Positions 49,813 to 61,440 of a stretch of 64,000 nt of DNA are shown in pieces; position 1 is the stretch's first letter; every line of letters begins with the position of its first letter. Made by a program: the position numbers and the translations under genes. The stretch is from Lophium mytilinum. Taxonomy: Eukaryota. The stretch lies in contig MU004189.1 in assembly GCA_010093605.1 (NCBI GenBank), forward strand, positions 813,834 through 877,833, in the 5' to 3' direction. Below the pieces are notes generated by a model, which was not told the origin of the DNA, ran no database searches, and worked only from the letters and a program-made list of their open reading frames with translations.

Positions 49813-50628
49813 TTTGCACACAAGCTAGGGGAAGTTGAGGCTTGCAGTAAAGGAGTAATCTTAATGATTAGGCAGGATACATTTCGACAAGGGTTTTCGT
49901 GTTTTGATGCGGAAGTGATGGAGTGAACATGAGCATGGGTTGGCGGCTCAAAGGTGTCCTCGCTTAGAATTGCCTGAGGATAACGAATCACGTGCCTAGC
50001 CTCCGACTTTCCTTTCCTCCCTTACCCTAAGTCAATCATCACTCGATAGTCAAATTATTGTTTCAATACCATCAAAGGTTACTTTGTAGACCCTCTTATA
50101 GTTCCAGAAGCTGCTTTTGGTATCTCGTGAAGTGGTTGAGCTGTTGTTTCATGCTCGAAATTCCATGATCAAAGCATTCAAATTACCTATTTATACACAG
50201 CCTCGTACCTAGTTGCCACTACCCTTTACCAATACCCCTTTACTCTAGGTAGTTTCAACAGCAGCGGCGATGGCCTCATCCAGTCCACTTCGCGGTCTCG
50301 CAATATCTTCCTTCATAGCATCTAGAGTTGCTGGTAAAATAGCAGCAGGCCGAGCGAGAGCCTCGTCATTCCACTCCTCCCTAATAGCTTCGAGGAGGAT
50401 AAGCTAAGGCAGCGTCTCTAGCACGTCTTCGATTCTGTCACTCGACACAATATTTTCCATAAAGTAGCTTAAGCGATCAAGGTCCTTGTCCCATTCTCCC
50501 CGGGGTATGAGATGAAACACCGTTCTGCAAAGTGGTATAGCGTCGGCGTAGTAACTAACCTGTTGGCGCACGACCTATGGAAGTTCCTCCTTCGAAGGAC
50601 AGTACGAATCAATACGTGAGACCGCAAT

Positions 50629-51162
50629 ATGCTAAACGCTGTCAGCCATCTCTCATCTCCACCACATTCCTCACCCCTACCCCCAGCATACCTCCCCGCC
50701 ACCCCCAAGAATCCACCCACTGCGCCTACTAAACCCCCCATCCCACGATGCATCTCCTCACTCACCATGCTACGCATGCGAGCGCTCCTTTTCCGCACAG
50801 CAGCCGGTCTGCTGACCCGTTTCTTTCCCACGCCGCCAAATGTGCACCGTTTCTCCCTCGTCTTAAAGCTCTATCAACGGCACCGTCCTCGACCCCGTCA
50901 AATCGAGTCCGCGAATCGATATCGAGCACGCAAACGCGTTATCGCGAGGAACGTTGTCAAAGGTGCACTTGTTGTACTTGTTATCGTTGCGGTGTCGGCG
51001 GTGGTGCATGCGTATCACCGGCGTAGGCGCATACGACGATGGATGAGAGGGAGGGTGGGGTGGATGTGGAAGGCTTTGAGGGTTGAGCGAGGGCGTGAGC
51101 TAAGAGGAGAGGGGTTGGGTATGGGGAAGGGCTATGCTGGAGTTCTGGGAGGAGCAGAGTGA
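50629..51162 (+). CDS. Possible small single-pass membrane protein (177 aa)
   Basis: One hydrophobic segment (GALVVLVIVAVSAVVHAY) followed by a basic stop-transfer. The C-rich 5' and G-rich 3' composition matches real genes in this window. No homology recognised. Confidence 0.35.
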   Translation: MLNAVSHLSSPPHSSPLPPAYLPATPKNPPTAPTKPPIPRCISSLTMLRMRALLFRTAAGLLTRFFPTPPNVHRFSLVLKLYQRHRPRPRQIESANRYRARKRVIARNVVKGALVVLVIVAVSAVVHAYHRRRRIRRWMRGRVGWMWKALRVERGRELRGEGLGMGKGYAGVLGGAE

Positions 51163-51634
51163 GACTTGTACGATTGGGATGCCGTGCGAGGGACGAAGTC
51201 CTGGGTGGCAGATTGTGATTCGTGGTTAGGGGTGCTTTCTAGCGATAGTTCAGTGGGGGATTCGTTGGTCCAATTAGGAAGAGTCGATCGTTTACTTACT
51301 AGGCTTCAGTTGAGTTTCAACACACTGCTGCTTCCATCACATAGCCAGGGGTTCTCCGAGCTTTCATGAAATGGGAGGGTGTCCCGATTGATTCTTAACA
51401 TCGTTGAAATGAAAGGAAATGATACCGTGAATAATATCGTGTACAGACATCCGACCCAGCCCAAGGAGTCCTAAAATACCAAGGCAAATCAGCCTTACCC
51501 ATAAACGCCGTTACCCCATGCCAAACCCTATACGCAGAAAAAGCTTCTCATCCAAGATATTCGTATAACAAGCCCAGATAGATGTGTATAAGCGACAGGT
51601 ATCACAAGAGAAATAATTCCGGTCGTAAACCAGC

Positions 51635-53988
51635 CTACAGCAACTCACCATCGCCTTCTTCTTCAGCGAACTCGCCCTCGTTTTCGTCCCACTCGAGGCC
51701 AGCTGACGCCTCCTCAGCCCGCCGCTGCACCTCTGCCAAGCCACTTACTTCCTCTACCCAGCCTCGCTCGTTCAACGCCCGTTTCAGAAAGCCCCATGGG
51801 TCTTCCTTGTAAAGATTGATGATGCCATCGCTGCACGCTGAACAGCAATCATAGGGCTTCCCTGAGATGAGCATGTTGCTGAAGGATGACAAGAAGCCGC
51901 GGATCGTGTGTGGAAGTGCACCAAGAGGGTGTACGAAGTGGGGTGGTAGAGACGGGTGAGATGAAGCAGGCGCTACAGACGGCGCTCTTTGAGCGTCGTT
52001 GTTCGAAGTTGCTGGAGCACGAGCTCGAAGGGGATGCTGAAGAATGCTCACAAGGAGCTCGACGAGGAGAGACGAGGCGAGAGGAGCAATACCGGGGCGT
52101 GTGACGGTACATTGTTGGTCCAGTGTCGCGTCTTTGATGGACTAAGCGATTGTTAGTCTGTGATCTCTACATTCACCTCATTCACCACTTGTGGGTGGGG
52201 AAGACTTGACGAGTGAAAATTGCTCTTACATCAGCTGGGGCAACGACATCGTTGCAGAAGTAGCATCCGAGCTCCTCTTCGCCGGGATCGCTAGACTTCA
52301 GCCCGTGTCGCATCACAACAAAGGTGTCAAAACCTAGGGCCGCATTGAGTACAATCTTCCCGGCTGCCTTGCCCATTACGGTGGGCAGCCATCTACTCTC
52401 GCGCGTATCCATAAGGAGAAAAATGACATCGTGCTCATCGATGAGCCTCTGCAAGAGCTCAAATTCGGCCTTGCTTTTTGTCTCGTCTGTTATTGGATGG
52501 CCCGCCATGGGAACAGACATCACATGTCCAGCGGAATCGACGCCGGGGTAGATCTCTTCGAGTGATTCAGCCGCGCGCTGAGCTTTCTTGACCCCACCCT
52601 TTAGGCAGTCTTTGAAGTCGAATAGTGGCTGCCTAACCGGGTTCGAGAAACTCACATTCGCGTTGTCGATAAAGGTTATCTTGCGGACACCCCAACCCAT
52701 AAGATTTCGCGAGACATATGAGCCTAGAGTTCCTGCGCCTAGGAGCAGACATTTGGCGTTTTTGATTACTTCGAGATCGAGTGTAGGTGCAATCCGCCAT
52801 TTGATGAGCTTGAGATTTAGATCAACAGCTGAGTCTGCAAGTTTGCGCTCGTCCATGTATTCGGAGAGGTCTACCACTCGGCTAGCGATCTTCCCGCCAT
52901 CGTTCCGTTCCCATCCAGTCACTTTAGGCAACTTAGGGGTCCTGGGTCGAGCGTTCGGGTCCTCGGGCGCCAGCGGCGGAAGGGATTCATCGGCTTTGAG
53001 GTTTAAAATGATGCTGTTGGCTTGGTCACGTTTTAGATGCGTATCCCTAAAACAAAGAATCTGAACCTCCTCAAGTCGCCAACGATGCCTTATCAAGATC
53101 AACAGGTTCCGCAACATCCACCCTGGATTGTCCGGAAACGTGGAAGGGTCTGCGAATCCAACATAGCGGTCTTCCGGAGCAACATCGTTGAAAAAGCCCT
53201 GTTCAAATTTCTCTAAAGAGTCCACTACCCAGGTATAGTCAATATCGTACACAGGAGTCTGAGGTGTCGTTGGTCGGTCCTCGGTATTCACTGCTTGGCT
53301 TGGATAATCGTGAACCTTCTTCGCAATGAAAAAGCCCCGTTGGCGCGGGTCGACTCTATATCGCCATGTTGATACCGACTCCACCAAAGGAGTTGTTTCT
53401 TTGGTTGTGAGACGCGTCAGTTCTTTGGTGGGCTTCCATACAGGGTCGGAATGGATAGCCGGATATCCGAAGTGAAAGGTGAATTTGTACTTCTTCAGGT
53501 CGGCGAAGGAGATCGCAGTGAATGAGGCGAGCAGGGAGGGACAGGAGTATATGGAGCCATCGTGTACAGCTTCCCAGATCTGTCAATGTCAGTATGAGGC
53601 CTATCCTACGGGGTAGTAGAAACTCACAGTGCGACCGGCGCGCTCTATGACAGTGCTCCTGTCGAGCTTTCTGTAGTCCTCAATAGTATTGCAGTTCTTA
53701 ATTATACCCTCGGCCCGAAAGTAGTTTGCAGGTGTCCTGTTACCCGAATCAGTCTATATGCTGCAGTGTCCCTTACCATACGCACTCATCCGTCGTCAAC
53801 GCGGTACCGTGGATCTGCATGCGGTTTGAGCGCGAGGGTTGGTCGCCTGGGCGCACTTCGTAGAGGCCCAGGACTTTGCGCGCCGAGTCGTCGAGCTTGT
53901 CATGGTTGATTTTGATATGAGCCAGGGCGGAGTAGAACTGTATGTCGATGTCGGTCGCCCAGGTCGCGTACTTGATGGAGTCTCCCAT
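51635..53988 (-). CDS. ATG7: Autophagy E1-like enzyme Atg7, 4 exons
   Basis: [70 protein letters not shown] and DCCSACS. Confidence 0.97.
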
Positions 53989-54462
53989 GGTGGCGGTTGC
54001 GTCTAGAGCGTACTGTGCGGTGGGTGAGTGGGAGAGTAGAGAAAGAAGAGGGTAGAAATAGAGGAGCTAGAGTCATACCTCGCCTTCACCTAAGCTATGA
54101 GTGTTTTGCGCGTGGTGAGCTGGTCAGCGGTACAGTGTTTCAGCTACCTAATCATCGTCAGGCGTCAACCGTACCTAGGAGCTCCCGAAGCACGCACCAC
54201 AGAACTACCCCTCGTGCCCTCCAGCCCGCTGACATCAAGGAATCCAGGCACGGCGGGACGATGCAGATTTCAGCCGAGATATCGCCGCGGAACCCGGACG
54301 TTAATGCTCCAGCGCTCCCGTGAAGCTGAAGTATTAAACCACGGCGCGTGAATGTGGTGAACGCCCGTCGCAAGTCGCCTTGCAGCATGGAGAGTAGGAT
54401 AAAGGCGACGTGGGTCAAATATTCCTTGTCCACGTAGAACTAAATCCAGGAACACGCCCAAA

Positions 54463-56032
54463 ATGCTCATTGGGCTCTGTGGAGGTCAGTCAACGCAGCA
54501 AACGGACCCTCCCTGCGAATCAAGACAATTTCTGACTCTGTTATATCTAGGCATATGCGCCGGAAAGAGCGCGATCGCCACCTATCTAATCGAGGAGCAC
54601 CGCTTCCGACGCATCTCCCTAGCCCGCACCGCGTCCACTCCCGCCGTCGAGAAATCCGCCTCCAACGCACATGTGCCCACTCCAAAATCTGATAATGACG
54701 ACGGGGACGCGTCGTTTCCCGATGTCGACGCGCTGCTTGACTTTGTGACGCTACGATGGCGCGAGCGTTGGGTCACGACCGATATATGGGACGAGAACGT
54801 TGTCGATGCCCTCATGAGACGCCCTTTCTTCCTCCTTGTTAGCGTAGAAGCACCGGTCAGCGTACGATGGGAAAGATTTCGCTCCCGGTAGGCTATTCTG
54901 CTTCTCTGAAATCTTATCTGTCTTGTTCTTCCCATCTGAGAAACATTGCCTCTGACTCCCCATTCAACAGCTGCGCATCTCATAAACTGACCCCTCCAAT
55001 ACTTGGGGAGTTCGTCCTTAGAAATGACGCCCATCTATACACCCCTATCACTGGCCTTGCGCCCCTCCTCCACCGCGCTCATGTCAAGCTCCTGAACTCA
55101 ACCACTTCTTTAACCTCCCTGAAGACCTCCTTAGCCGCCCTCGATCTACCAAACGAGTCCCGTCTGCGACCAAGCTGGGACCAGTATTTCATGCAGCTGG
55201 CAGATCTAGCAGCTCATAGGAGCAACTGCATGAAGAGACGCGTTGGCTGTGTCTTGGTGCGTGAGAAGCGGGTGATTAGTACTGGGTATAATGGAACACC
55301 ACGTGGACTAAGAAATTGCAACGAGGGAGGATGTACGTACCTTCACTGCTGATTCGGTGCTTGCAAATCGAACTCGTACAGCTCTGAATTGCTGGACTCA
55401 TTTGCTTACACACTACTACAGGCACGCGTTGTAACGAAGGCTCCCACGCTGGGGCAGATCTAGGCACTTGTTTGTGCTTGCATGCGGAGGAGAACGCCCT
55501 CCTCGAAGCTGGTCGAGATCGCATCCGCGAAGACTCCATCCTGTACTGTAATACGTATGTATGATTCGTACACAGTCTCTCCATTTAGAACTTCTTACTT
55601 ACTGGTTGCGACAGGTGCCCTTGTCTGACGTGCACGGTGAAGATAACACAAGTCGGTATCAGCGAAGTTGTGTACAATCAAGCTTATAGTGTCGACACTA
55701 AAGCCGCCTCAATCTTCGCTACGGCGGGAGTCAAGCTGAGACAGTTTTCTCCTGTAAGCTCCCAAGAACTCGTTCCAGTCCGTAGCTCTCCTCATATGTG
55801 TTTATAGTCGTCTAATACTTATGGCTAGCCTCACTCGGGTCTTACGGATCTCTCGATAGCGCCCCCGAAGAGCGACCAGGACCGAAATCGCTCCCCTGAA
55901 GCTCTGCATGACGCGATCCTGGAAGAAGACTATCTGCACATGGCACATGAGCTCGGCGGTTGGTATGAGAATGATGATCAGCCGGTTGTCCTGACCCCAC
56001 CGAAGGGCTACGATGTTGTCATGAAGCAGTAA
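54463..56032 (+). CDS. DCD1: dCMP deaminase with N-terminal P-loop-like domain, 6 exons
   Basis: MLIGLCG|GICAGKS, RPSWDQYFMQLA, SNCMKRRVG, TGYNGTP, CLCLHAEENALLEAG and CPCLTC zinc motifs. Confidence 0.94.
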
Positions 56033-56749
56033 TGCGAAGGCCCATTTTGCTCTAGTTGGACACCATGATCTCCGTAGCACTCGGATTCTACACCCTCTAT
56101 TTCAATCTATGTATGTTCTGTGGATCGATTATTTGTGACAGGGACGTTGTGGGATAACGTTATCATAACCAATGATTCCATGTCCAATTAATGAAATGGG
56201 ATCATGATCAGCAGCGCCATGTCTGCGTAGTAAACAAGCTCTTTCAATTGAAGAGGTTACACTTTGGGCTGCCCCTTCAGACCCAGCCTCGAAACTCTTG
56301 TGACAATCTGACCATAGCACAAGAAGAAAAATTGGGTGCCTAAATCTCAGTCTTAAGATTCTACTCATATACACAACGTTCAATTCAGACCTGCATCAAA
56401 AGGATATGAATGGCAGTGAGCCTGCGCGCTGAAGACCATAAGGATCCAGTCCAGACTTCACTACCCTTATTCGTGTTGATAATTACAGCTTCTGGTCTAT
56501 CCATCACGTGGTAATCGGCAAAAAGAATATCCGGCCAACTTACGCTGATTGGCTACGCGCGAGTCGTCCTCGACTTCCGACTTCAACCTTAGAAGGCTCC
56601 AAACTTTCTTTTCTTCGTTACTCACCAGCTTCACCATCGACAATCCCTCTCCAACGCTTGCCACCGATAAGGCACCTTCACCCGACTCCTCGATCGTCGC
56701 CGCCTGGCACCCTAAATTTCCCTCATCCTGAACCGCGACATCAACAACC

Positions 56750-59668
56750 ATGGCGGGCAAACGCGACTTCCTGTCTATGGAGGCGCCTGAGAACTATGTC
56801 GCTGGTCTCGGGCGTGGTGCCACCGGATTCACAACTCGCAGCGACTTGGGTCCTGCGAGGGAGGGACCGAGCGAGGAGCAGATGAAGGAGATGCTCGCAA
56901 AGCGCGCTGCACAGCTCGGACAGGCAGCTCCCTCAGCATATGGAGCTACAGAAAAGAAGGAGGAAGATGACGATGACGACCGATACCAAGACCCGGATAA
57001 TGAAGTAGGACTGTTTGCGTCAGGCATGAACTTTGATCAGGAAGATGATGAGGCAGACGAGATCTTTGCACTAGTCGACGAGAAGATGGACCGGAGGAGA
57101 CGTGCACGCAGGTTAGTTCCCCATTTTCTTCTACCCTCCTACCCTTTACCCTCCCACCCTTCCAAGATTGTCAATTTATCGTTATTCAATGATCAGATTG
57201 CCGACGTAAATCGTGTCCATCCGTGTAGGGAAGAACGAGAGCAGAGAGAACGGGAAGACTACGAGAGTAAGAACCCCAAAATCCAGCAGCAATTCGCAGA
57301 CTTGAAACGCGCACTCGGAACGGTCACGGAAGACGAATGGGCGGCACTACCAGAGGTCGGCGACATGACGGGACGAACGAAACGAGCTCGCGAAGCACGA
57401 CAGAACAATCGATTCTACGCGGTGCCAGATAGTGTCATCGCCGGAGCTGCAGCGGCGGGACAATTAGACACTTCGATATCGGCAGATGCTGGTGATGGTA
57501 CTGTGACGGACTTTGCGTCTATTGGAGCTGCACAGAAATCAGCCCTACAAGTACGTTTGGATTCGGCGGCCCACTCCGCAGGCAGCGACTCCACTTCAGG
57601 AACCGCCACAAGTATCGACAATGTAAAGGGATACCTTACCTCACTCGAAAAATCGGCTGTCGAAGCGGGCTCCGTACCCGTAGAGGACCTCAACCGCGCT
57701 CGTTTGTTGCTCGAATCCGCCGTCAAGACGAACCCGAAGAACGGACCTGGACATGTGGCGCTTTGCCGACTTGAAGTGTTTGCTGGAAAAATCACAAGAG
57801 CTAGGAAGGTCATTGCACAGGGCGCAGAGCTCTGTCCCAGGAGCATAGATGTCTGGATAGAGAGCATTAACATCAACCGCGAGAATTTGCAAAATAGTCG
57901 AATCATTGCCGCGAATGCTCTCAAGATTCCGGGAAACTCCAAGAGCGTTGAGTTGTGGCAGGCAGCGCTGGAGCTTGAATCAACCCCACAAGCTCGCAAG
58001 AGGGTCCTGCGTCAGGCTATCGACTCGGTTCCTTCGTCTGTGGAGCTCTGGAAATCACTGATCAACGAGACAGAAGACATCGAGGAAGTTAAACTACTCT
58101 TCCACAAAGCCACACAGACCGTACCGCTTTCCGAGGAACTATGGATCAGTTACGCGCGTGTCTGCAATCCTACGGATGCACAAAATGTTCTCAACCAGGC
58201 GCGCAAGGCGATCAAATCGAGTTGGGCAATCTGGGTGGCAGCTGCGCGACTCCAGGAGCAGCTCGGTAGTGGAGACGACCTAGTCCACAAGATCATGGAG
58301 CGAGCGGTCAAGTCATTAGCCAAAGAAAAGGCCATGTTGAAGCGCGAGGACTGCATCACTGAGGCCGAGAAGTGCGAGGAAGAGGGCGCTGTCCGTACTA
58401 GCGCAGCCATCATCGACGCAACACTTGACTGGGGTCTGGACCAAGATGACAATCGTAAGGAAACTTGGCTGAAAGATGCAAAGAACTCGATCGGCCGAGG
58501 TCACTTTGCGACCGCTCGAGCCATGTATGGGTATGCTATAAAGGTGTTTACTCAGAGCAAAACACTGTGGACTGCAGCTTCAGAGCTCGAAAAAAACCAT
58601 GGCACTCACGCCAGCCTCGTCGACATGCTCGAGAGGTCCGTCAACGCGATAAGCGGAACAAAATCCGAATCGCTTTGGCTCACGCTAGCCCGGGAACAAT
58701 GGCATGCTGGCGAACTTGACCAGGCTCGAGTCACCCTCGGTAAAGCGTTCGAGGCGATCCGCGATAATGAGAACATCTATCTCCGAGCTGTCGAGCTGGA
58801 AGTGGACGCGAAAGAGTATGAGCAGGCCCGAAATTTACTTGCCCATGCTCGAGGGGTGGCTACCACTGCTCGCAGTTGGATCCGCAGCATAGTTCTTGAG
58901 AGGAACCTCGGAAACTTTGATCAAGCACTAAATCTCACCAACGAAGCCCTGAATTCCTTCCCAGGCGCCTGGAAGCTCCACGCCATCAAAGGTCAGATAT
59001 ACGAGTCTATGGCGAAGCTACCCCAGGCCGAACAGTCGTACGCCCAGGGCACACGTGTCTGCCCGAAGAGTGCAACGTTGTTCCTACTCCTCTCGCGAAT
59101 CCTGGAGCGACAGGGGCATGTTGTCAAGGCCCGCTCGGCGCTCGATCGCGGCAAGCTAGCGAACCCAAAGAACGAGATCCTACTTTGCGAGAGTGTCCGG
59201 CTCGAGCGGCGCGCGGGTAATATCCCAGCCGCCAACAAAGCCATGGCGGCGGCACTGCAGGAAACCGGTGGCCGCTCTGGTCTCCTCTGGGCTGAGCGCA
59301 TCATGCACCTCGAAGCCCGCACGCAGCGCAAGCCGCGCGCCCTCGAAGCAATCAAGAAGGTAGATAACGATCCCATCCTCTTCGTCGTCGTTGCGCGCAT
59401 CTTCTGGGGCGAGCGTCGGCTCGAGAAGGCCGCAACCTGGTTCGAAAAGGCGTTGGTGCTGGATAGCGATTACGGCGATGCATGGGCTTGGTACTACAAG
59501 TTTCTGGAGCAGCATGGGACCGAGGAGAAGAAAGCGGAGGTGTTGAGTAAGATCTCGCTAGCTGAGCCGAAGCATGGGGAGTTCTGGCAGTCGGTGGCGA
59601 AGGATCCGAAGAATGTGGGCAAGGGGTTCGAGGAGCTGCTGAAGCTTGCGGTTCAGGTCTTGGAGTGA
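56750..59668 (+). CDS. PRP6: Pre-mRNA splicing factor Prp6 (HAT repeats), probable intron 57112-57228
   Basis: APENYVAGLGRGATGFTTRSDLGPAR, KIQQQFADLKR, HAT repeats and the DYGDAWAWYYKF..HG / EPKHGEFWQ C-terminus. Confidence 0.97.
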   Translation: MAGKRDFLSMEAPENYVAGLGRGATGFTTRSDLGPAREGPSEEQMKEMLAKRAAQLGQAAPSAYGATEKKEEDDDDDRYQDPDNEVGLFASGMNFDQEDDEADEIFALVDEKMDRRRRARRLVPHFLLPSYPLPSHPSKIVNLSLFNDQIADVNRVHPCREEREQREREDYESKNPKIQQQFADLKRALGTVTEDEWAALPEVGDMTGRTKRAREARQNNRFYAVPDSVIAGAAAAGQLDTSISADAGDGTVTDFASIGAAQKSALQVRLDSAAHSAGSDSTSGTATSIDNVKGYLTSLEKSAVEAGSVPVEDLNRARLLLESAVKTNPKNGPGHVALCRLEVFAGKITRARKVIAQGAELCPRSIDVWIESININRENLQNSRIIAANALKIPGNSKSVELWQAALELESTPQARKRVLRQAIDSVPSSVELWKSLINETEDIEEVKLLFHKATQTVPLSEELWISYARVCNPTDAQNVLNQARKAIKSSWAIWVAAARLQEQLGSGDDLVHKIMERAVKSLAKEKAMLKREDCITEAEKCEEEGAVRTSAAIIDATLDWGLDQDDNRKETWLKDAKNSIGRGHFATARAMYGYAIKVFTQSKTLWTAASELEKNHGTHASLVDMLERSVNAISGTKSESLWLTLAREQWHAGELDQARVTLGKAFEAIRDNENIYLRAVELEVDAKEYEQARNLLAHARGVATTARSWIRSIVLERNLGNFDQALNLTNEALNSFPGAWKLHAIKGQIYESMAKLPQAEQSYAQGTRVCPKSATLFLLLSRILERQGHVVKARSALDRGKLANPKNEILLCESVRLERRAGNIPAANKAMAAALQETGGRSGLLWAERIMHLEARTQRKPRALEAIKKVDNDPILFVVVARIFWGERRLEKAATWFEKALVLDSDYGDAWAWYYKFLEQHGTEEKKAEVLSKISLAEPKHGEFWQSVAKDPKNVGKGFEELLKLAVQVLE

Positions 59669-60401
59669 GGTGGAGACGTGTCCTGGGAAGGGCCTGGCTG
59701 TGCCCTGAATGCATGAGTTTGGCGTTGGAGGAGGCGTTCAAGAACCAACTGGCCGGATTCTGAGGTTCTGGAGGAATTCTAGCCCAGTATGACTTGATCA
59801 ATACACTCCATAGGTAGTTATTGCACTAGTGCTGCAGCTCTTCAATCGAGAGCAGATTACACCGTAATGTCAGCTGGTGAGAATATACGTCCGTGCTCAA
59901 GATGCAGCCACGCTATCTCCTTGCTCCCTCCTCACGTTTCTTCAGCATCAGCATGCCTCCAACGTATTTAGCACGAACAAGGAGCCCAAATCTTTCTCCT
60001 AGTCACTTTGTGTGAAAGCTATGGTCACAAAAAGACAGCCTCAAGCTAGCAAGCTTTCAAGGGTCTAGAAACCTGCGAAGCACGTTGAACCGAGGCATTT
60101 TCTACTCAACTTCTTATGTCTAGGTTACGTTACGTAGCAGAGCTTTCACTACCCAATCCCCCTCCCCCACCACGTATCATCAAAACCGGAATGTAGTTTC
60201 GGAAGAGCAAAACACCACTAGTGTAGAAAAACCTCTAATAGTATTTCTCGTACTTAAGTTATCCTTTCTGCTAGAGCAAGAAGTAGGTGCCACAAGGAAG
60301 ATTACCGGAAGGGCTAGTGACCAGAACCTGGGCCTGGTGGGTAGCAGACGAAGTGGTCATCTTATAATCTTATTACTCCTGTTACTCCTACTATTCTTAT
60401 T

Positions 60402-60527
60402 ACTCCCAATACTCCTAATACTCCCAATACTCCTAATACTCCCAATACTCCTAATACTCCCAATACTCCTAATACTCCCAATACTCCCAATACTCCCAAT
60501 ACTCCCAATACTCCCAATACTCCCAGT
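60402..60527. repeat. 9-bp minisatellite ACTCC(C/T)AAT x14
   Basis: Directly visible. The first eight units alternate CCC/CCT and the remainder are CCC. Confidence 0.97.
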
Positions 60528-61062
60528 AACATTCCCTTCAGCACATAACAGCTCGTAAAGTCATACCATCCTACCTTCTTGCCAACAACGCTGCTCTCCA
60601 AACATAACACCCTACCTCCAGTGCCGGCATTGCGAGTACTCTCTACTTCAACACTATTCCAGATGCAACTCCAAAGCGGGATCCTGCGCGTCTCTCGCCG
60701 CCATTAGCAACTTCGCTCGTCTAGTTGGGACACATTCGCTTTACCGCTATAGATAATAGGCTTACTATGACGGAGGGCTTGAGATAAAGTGAGCTTGGGC
60801 GTGTTGGAGGCGGACTTGGTCGAGAGAGATTGGGATGATGAGGAGAAAATGAGGCGTGTGTTCGAAAGGATGGCGGCAGCACTCTTACTGGAGTGCCAAC
60901 TAACGCCTGGCTAAAGACGTTGGAATCATCATGCCCCTACGTACATCGCTTCCTTGGGCGTTTTGGCTAACAGGTACCGTGCAGGCTCAAGCAGGTCAAT
61001 TGGTCGATGCTACTACATTCTAGTAGAAGTACATAGCCTACTTGGAAAAGCATCCAGCGCTT

Positions 61063-61440
61063 ACTCCGATTAATAAGAACCGTTACGAGACCCCATAGAG
61101 CACCATTCCGATCGACGAGGACCGCTACGAGCACCCTAGAGAGCGCCACCCCGATCGACGAGGGCCGCTACGAGCACCGCTACGAGCACCCCAGAGAGGA
61201 CCATTCCGATTGGAGACGACCGCTACGAGGCCCCGGAGAGCACCCAGAGAGCACCACTCCAATCGACAAGGGCCGCTACAAGGCAGAGAGCACCACTCCG
61301 GTCGACGAGGACCGCTACGAGGCCCCAGAGAGCACCCCAGGTACAAAGTCCCGGAGAGCACCTCAAAGAGGGCCGTTACGAGACTTCAGACAGCACTAAC
61401 TCGGTCGACGAGGACGGTTGCGAGGCCCCAGAGAGCACCC
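61063..61440 (+). repeat. Degenerate ~42-bp tandem repeat, ~7-8 units
   Basis: Consensus GAGAGCACCACTCCGATCGACGAGGACCGCTACGAGGCCCCA, with indels and transitions between copies. Confidence 0.9.

Noticed and set aside
60337..60610. ORFs encoding (ILP)n and (VLG)n hydrophobic peptides
   Set aside because: These are by-products of translating the stop-free 9-bp minisatellite.
61063..61440. CRISPR-like appearance of the repeat array
   Set aside because: The units are contiguous and degenerate with no unique spacers, no cas genes are present, and the context is eukaryotic.
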